From: an uncultured Candidatus Saccharibacteria bacterium
Lineage (GTDB): Bacteria; Patescibacteriota; Minisyncoccia; UBA6257; 2-01-FULL-56-20
Direction of reading: 5' to 3'
Length of the DNA: 64,000 bases
NCBI GenBank assembly: GCA_965231155.1
Contig: OZ246418.1
Coordinates: forward strand, 174,850 to 238,849
Shown here: piece after piece, positions 60,449 to 64,000 of the stretch
Position numbering within the stretch: position 1 is the stretch's first letter
How the letters are laid out: each line of letters opens with the position of its first letter
The notes under the pieces: model-generated
What the model saw: the letters and a program-made list of their open reading frames with translations, nothing else
Told to the model about the DNA's origin: nothing
Database searches by the model: none
Translations under genes and position numbers: made by a program

Positions 60449-60467
60449 ATTATTGCCCCCACATAAT

Positions 60468-61223
60468 ATGAAAATAGAGATTTATGAAAGCTTAGGGCTC
60501 TCCCCTAACGAAGCCAAGATTTATGAAACACTCGTAGAACGGGGCGAATCAACGATCAGTCAAATTGCCATTTCCGCTCAGATCCACCGGCGAAACGCCT
60601 ACGATGCCATCCAGAGGCTAATCAGCAAAGGCCTCTGCTTTCAAATCTTTTCCACAACAGAGAACAAATATAACGCCGTTGATCCAGATAAACTTCGAGA
60701 ACTCTTGGCTGAACAAGAAAGCAAACTTGAACAGATATTACCAGATCTAAAAAAGAAGTTTTCTGAACGATTCGCCCCTCAGGAGGCTTATATTTACAGG
60801 GGCCTTGAGGGACAGAAAAATATCTTTCGAGACATTCTGCGCGTGGCCGAAGATAGTTATTTTATTGGGGCCAAAGGAGGCTGGTATGACCCTCGTCTCG
60901 AAACCAGTCGAACAGCGTTTTTCAAAGAAGCTAACCGAAAGAAAATAAAATTCATTCAGTTGTTTGATCAAGAAGCAATAAGTGAAATACCAAATTTTCC
61001 AAAACGTTTCGAGGGTGCATTAGACTACCGAGTACTTCCTAAAAAATATTCCACCAACTCGGCAATCAATATATTTGGAGACTATGTAATCACCTATACT
61101 GGACTCCCCATTGGGAAGTTAAGTGATGATATTGTTTTCTTTGTTATTCGTAGTAAAGATCTTGCGGAGAGTTACCGCACTTGGTTCTGGTATATGTGGG
61201 AACAGTCGTCGAAGAAAGATTGA
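60468..61223 (+). CDS. TrmB-family transcriptional regulator
   Basis: LGLSPNEAKIYETL, IHRRNAYDAIQRLISKGL winged HTH, YRGLEG. Confidence 0.9.
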   Translation: MKIEIYESLGLSPNEAKIYETLVERGESTISQIAISAQIHRRNAYDAIQRLISKGLCFQIFSTTENKYNAVDPDKLRELLAEQESKLEQILPDLKKKFSERFAPQEAYIYRGLEGQKNIFRDILRVAEDSYFIGAKGGWYDPRLETSRTAFFKEANRKKIKFIQLFDQEAISEIPNFPKRFEGALDYRVLPKKYSTNSAINIFGDYVITYTGLPIGKLSDDIVFFVIRSKDLAESYRTWFWYMWEQSSKKD

Positions 61224-61271
61224 CGACCTGAGTTCCTCCTTGTAAACTAATTTTAATAAGATCGGATCACA

Positions 61272-61346
61272 ATGATATTCCTTAGTAAAACCATCACTAA
61301 GTCAAAGAAGCCTCTTCTCGAGAAGGCGGTTTATCTTTCGTGGTGA
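61272..61346 (+). CDS. Putative leader peptide MIFLSKTITKSKKPLLEKAVYLSW
   Basis: 24-codon ORF overlapping alternative RNA stems upstream of a terminator. Confidence 0.45.
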   Translation: MIFLSKTITKSKKPLLEKAVYLSW

Positions 61347-61405
61347 TACAAAAGAAATTATCACTTGAAATCAGAAAAACCACCTTCTCCCGAGGGTGGT
61401 TTTTT
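61310..61405 (+). promoter_or_regulatory. Transcription attenuator (anti-terminator/terminator switch)
   Basis: Terminator AAAAACCACCTTC-TCCC-GAGGGTGGTTTTTT; GAGAAGGCGGTTT (61320-61332) pairs 12/13 with AAACCACCTTCTC (61377-61389). Confidence 0.65.
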
Positions 61406-61513
61406 GGAATCTGACCTCTGTCCATAACGATAGAAGTGAGCTTCCAAAATAGGTTTGGAAAGCTCGGCTCACTGAAAACTTAATAATGGAAATAACTAAG
61501 GAAAGGAAAAAAA

Positions 61514-62755
61514 ATGAGCAAGGTGTTTGACGATAAGAAACGTAGGCTCTGGTGTCATGGCCCAAAACCAGAATTCGCCACCGACACCGACTGGGCTGAT
61601 CAATGGTACATAGGAGCTCGGACGATTGCATTGATTCGTCCGCAGGTTGACTCCATCATTCTTCCCGGAGGAAACGAGGAGACCGTTGAGTTCTGGAAGT
61701 TCTGTCGAAAAGTGCTTGGATTCGAAGAGGGTCAGGTGATCTGGACTTCTGGAACAAACTATCTGCTCGATGACGATATAAGGATCGAGCTTCTAGACTA
61801 CCTCCGAAATAAGTTAAGGAGGAAAGCCGACTGGGAACTTGTCCCCTACTCGGTCACTCAACCGTTCACCGCTTGGGCAAGTCAACTGAACATCTCTATA
61901 TGCGGTGACGAAATGGCTTGGGTGGAAAGATGGAGTAATAAAGGAATCCTCCATCCTCACCCACTCTTCAACGAACGTCCAGGAGATCCACCACTGCTCG
62001 ACAAACTCGTCCCGTATATATCTGTACCTCGAGGATACTTCTGCACTTCACCTCAAGAGCTAGAGATGGCTTATGGTTTATTGGGGAAGAAGGTCATCCT
62101 GAAGCCGGTAAGTGGGGCAACCGGTGAAGGGATTGAGATTATCACCGACGGAACAATACTCTCTTCATACGCCTTCCCTATGGGTCCGGTCATCTTAGAA
62201 GAACTCCTCGAGATTGACCGGGATCCGAACGGTCAACTGATTGCTCCGAGTGTGCAGTACTTCGGCGATCAGCTGTGCGGAAATGTGACTGATCAGATAA
62301 TCAATGGAGGTGTGGCTCACGAAGGGAATGTCACTCCATCGATAACTACTCCTCAGTTTCAGGAGACACTTGTTCGAGCGGTCAAAAGTATTCTTCAGGC
62401 TATCCAGCCGAGAGGTCCCGGTGGATTCGACTTCCTCTCTGTCAAAGGAGAACCAGTTCTTATCGATCCGAACTGTGGACGCTTCACTGGCGCCCATCCA
62501 GCCTGGATCTTTAGAAATCATCACGCCCCACAAGCATTCTTTCAGTCCTGGAAGATAAAACCGAAAAACTCTGTTTGGGAGTTTTGGGACTTTCTCGGTT
62601 ACAAGGGACTCTCCTTAAATCGAATGGATGAGTATCCCAAGGGAATCTTCCCTCTCTGCTATCTACCAGGTATGTGGGGAATGCTCATCGCGATCGGTGA
62701 AACGCGAGAAGAAACTGATCGTTTTCGCGAGCAAGCCGACTCCTACTTCCTTTGA
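61514..62755 (+). CDS. ATP-grasp domain protein (amide/peptide ligase-like)
   Basis: VPRG, ILKPVSGATGEG, ILEE, PSVQ, GPGGFDF, IDPNCGRFTG. Confidence 0.8.
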   Translation: MSKVFDDKKRRLWCHGPKPEFATDTDWADQWYIGARTIALIRPQVDSIILPGGNEETVEFWKFCRKVLGFEEGQVIWTSGTNYLLDDDIRIELLDYLRNKLRRKADWELVPYSVTQPFTAWASQLNISICGDEMAWVERWSNKGILHPHPLFNERPGDPPLLDKLVPYISVPRGYFCTSPQELEMAYGLLGKKVILKPVSGATGEGIEIITDGTILSSYAFPMGPVILEELLEIDRDPNGQLIAPSVQYFGDQLCGNVTDQIINGGVAHEGNVTPSITTPQFQETLVRAVKSILQAIQPRGPGGFDFLSVKGEPVLIDPNCGRFTGAHPAWIFRNHHAPQAFFQSWKIKPKNSVWEFWDFLGYKGLSLNRMDEYPKGIFPLCYLPGMWGMLIAIGETREETDRFREQADSYFL

Positions 62756-62760
62756 AACTC

Positions 62761-62795
62761 AAGGGGAGGAACACTCGTATGTGTCCTCCTCTTTT
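62761..62795. terminator. Terminator between convergent genes
   Basis: AAGGGGAGGA-ACAC-TCGTAT-GTGT-CCTCCTCTT followed by T. Confidence 0.65.
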
Positions 62796-63916
62796 TATTT
62801 TGTCTCTCGGCCAACTGCTTCACTAATATTTTTATAGCCATCTTTCTTGAGTAACCCTACTAAGCCAACGTTTATCTCGCTGATAAGTTGTGGCCCCCGA
62901 TAGATCATTCCGGTAATCAACTGTACGAGAGAAGCACCATATTTTATCTTCTTATACGTGTCTTCAGCCGAAAAAACTCCACCGCAGCCAACGATCACAT
63001 ACTTTCCATTTGTTTTCGTGAAAACATACCGAATAAGATCGTTCGAAAGGTCTTCAACAATTTTTCCGCTGAGGCCGCCTTTTTCTGGCACGGCATCGTG
63101 AATCGTAGATAAATCTTTTTGCTTTGTGAGGTTAGAACAAATAAACCCATGCACTCGATGGCGCTCAACAACTGCAATGATCTGATCGATCTGGTCTCGC
63201 GAAAGATCTGGTGAGATTTTTATAAAAATCGGCTGTTTGGTAGGAATCCGATCAAGACTATCGAACAACCGATCAAGTTTCTCCGGGCTCGTAAAGGGCT
63301 CACCTCCAAAAGCATTTGGACAACTAATATTAATCGTGAGGTAGTTTCCAATACTCGTAAAATGACTGAAGGCTTTTACATAATCACGGACGCCAGCTTC
63401 GGTTTCAACTGTTTCCGGAGAGTTTGTTTTTGCCACACTAATTCCTGTGGGAATAGTGAATTTTTCACCATCGAGACGTCGAGAGATCGCCTCACACCCA
63501 TCGTTTTTCAAACCATAATAGACGCCAAGTGACTGTGAGTTTTTGAGTCGCCACAGTCTTGGCTTCGCGTTCCCCAGACACGGTTCGCCAGTAATAGAAC
63601 CGAGCTCGGCAAATCCAAAACCAACTTCCGGCAGAATTTCATATAACTCAGCATTTTTATCAAACCCTGCCGCCAGACCAATAGGGTTAGGAAAAGTAAC
63701 CCCTAAGATTTCCTGTTCAAGGAAATTCCTATTCGAATAACGGAACAACCACCCAGTGATTCGACGTGTTAGCGTGGTATACCCCAGGACTGACCCGAAA
63801 AAGACCATACGATCATGAACAGACTCTGGATCAAAACGAAACAACACGGGCTTTAAAACACGGCGATAAAGAAATCCGCTAATGACATTTCGTAATGTGA
63901 CGAAAATCTCTTTCAT
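62795..63916 (-). CDS. pyrD: Quinone-dependent dihydroorotate dehydrogenase (class 2)
   Basis: NPIGLAAGFDK, GNAKPRL, INISCPN, KISPD, GGLSG, GASLVQL; start at MKEIF. Confidence 0.93.
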   Translation of the reverse strand: MKEIFVTLRNVISGFLYRRVLKPVLFRFDPESVHDRMVFFGSVLGYTTLTRRITGWLFRYSNRNFLEQEILGVTFPNPIGLAAGFDKNAELYEILPEVGFGFAELGSITGEPCLGNAKPRLWRLKNSQSLGVYYGLKNDGCEAISRRLDGEKFTIPTGISVAKTNSPETVETEAGVRDYVKAFSHFTSIGNYLTINISCPNAFGGEPFTSPEKLDRLFDSLDRIPTKQPIFIKISPDLSRDQIDQIIAVVERHRVHGFICSNLTKQKDLSTIHDAVPEKGGLSGKIVEDLSNDLIRYVFTKTNGKYVIVGCGGVFSAEDTYKKIKYGASLVQLITGMIYRGPQLISEINVGLVGLLKKDGYKNISEAVGRETK

Positions 63917-63956
63917 TGTCTCTTTTATAGTATACCCTCCCCAGCCTTCAAGACAT

Positions 63957-63994
63957 AAAAGGAGAAGCCTAGACAATTTTGAGCTTCTCCTTTT
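63957..63994. terminator. Terminator of a gene outside the window
   Basis: AAAAGGAGAAGC...GCTTCTCCTTTT. Confidence 0.7.
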
Positions 63995-64000
63995 GTTTTC

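Overview
This 64-kb window looks like a small-genome Patescibacteria/CPR bacterium, probably Parcubacteria. This is inferred from the archaeal-type PyrH, type-2 IleRS, RNase Y/J, a TrmB-type regulator, tight gene packing and housekeeping genes that mostly lack SD sites. TGA is used as a stop, so code 11 applies. In order, the window holds: (1) a type II restriction-modification pair 3' of tRNA-Ser(GGA), separated from it by a structured tRNA-derived element; (2) a housekeeping block (pyrH, htpX, lemA, rlpA, groSL, trxB, glutaredoxin); (3) a ~34-kb surface-glycan locus (10.3-44.9 kb) with two flippases, a duplicated GDP-heptose-type pathway, a TPP-dependent E1 alpha/beta pair, a B12 radical SAM enzyme and gmd/fcl; (4) rny, gpmI, secG, an ABC substrate-binding protein, tRNA-Leu(CAG), rnj, ileS and smpB; (5) an accessory block followed by pyrD. 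The main candidates for novel biology are: two paralogous outer-membrane-type beta-barrel proteins in an apparently monoderm cell; a set of self-contained promoter-SD-gene-terminator cassettes, two of which share an identical 63-bp leader with twin CCAAA-loop hairpins and split gmd from fcl; a leader-peptide attenuator upstream of an orphan ATP-grasp ligase; and an IleRS carrying both a GIHH signature and an inserted histidine-phosphatase domain. All calls come from reading the sequence by eye; no searches or folding programs were run.
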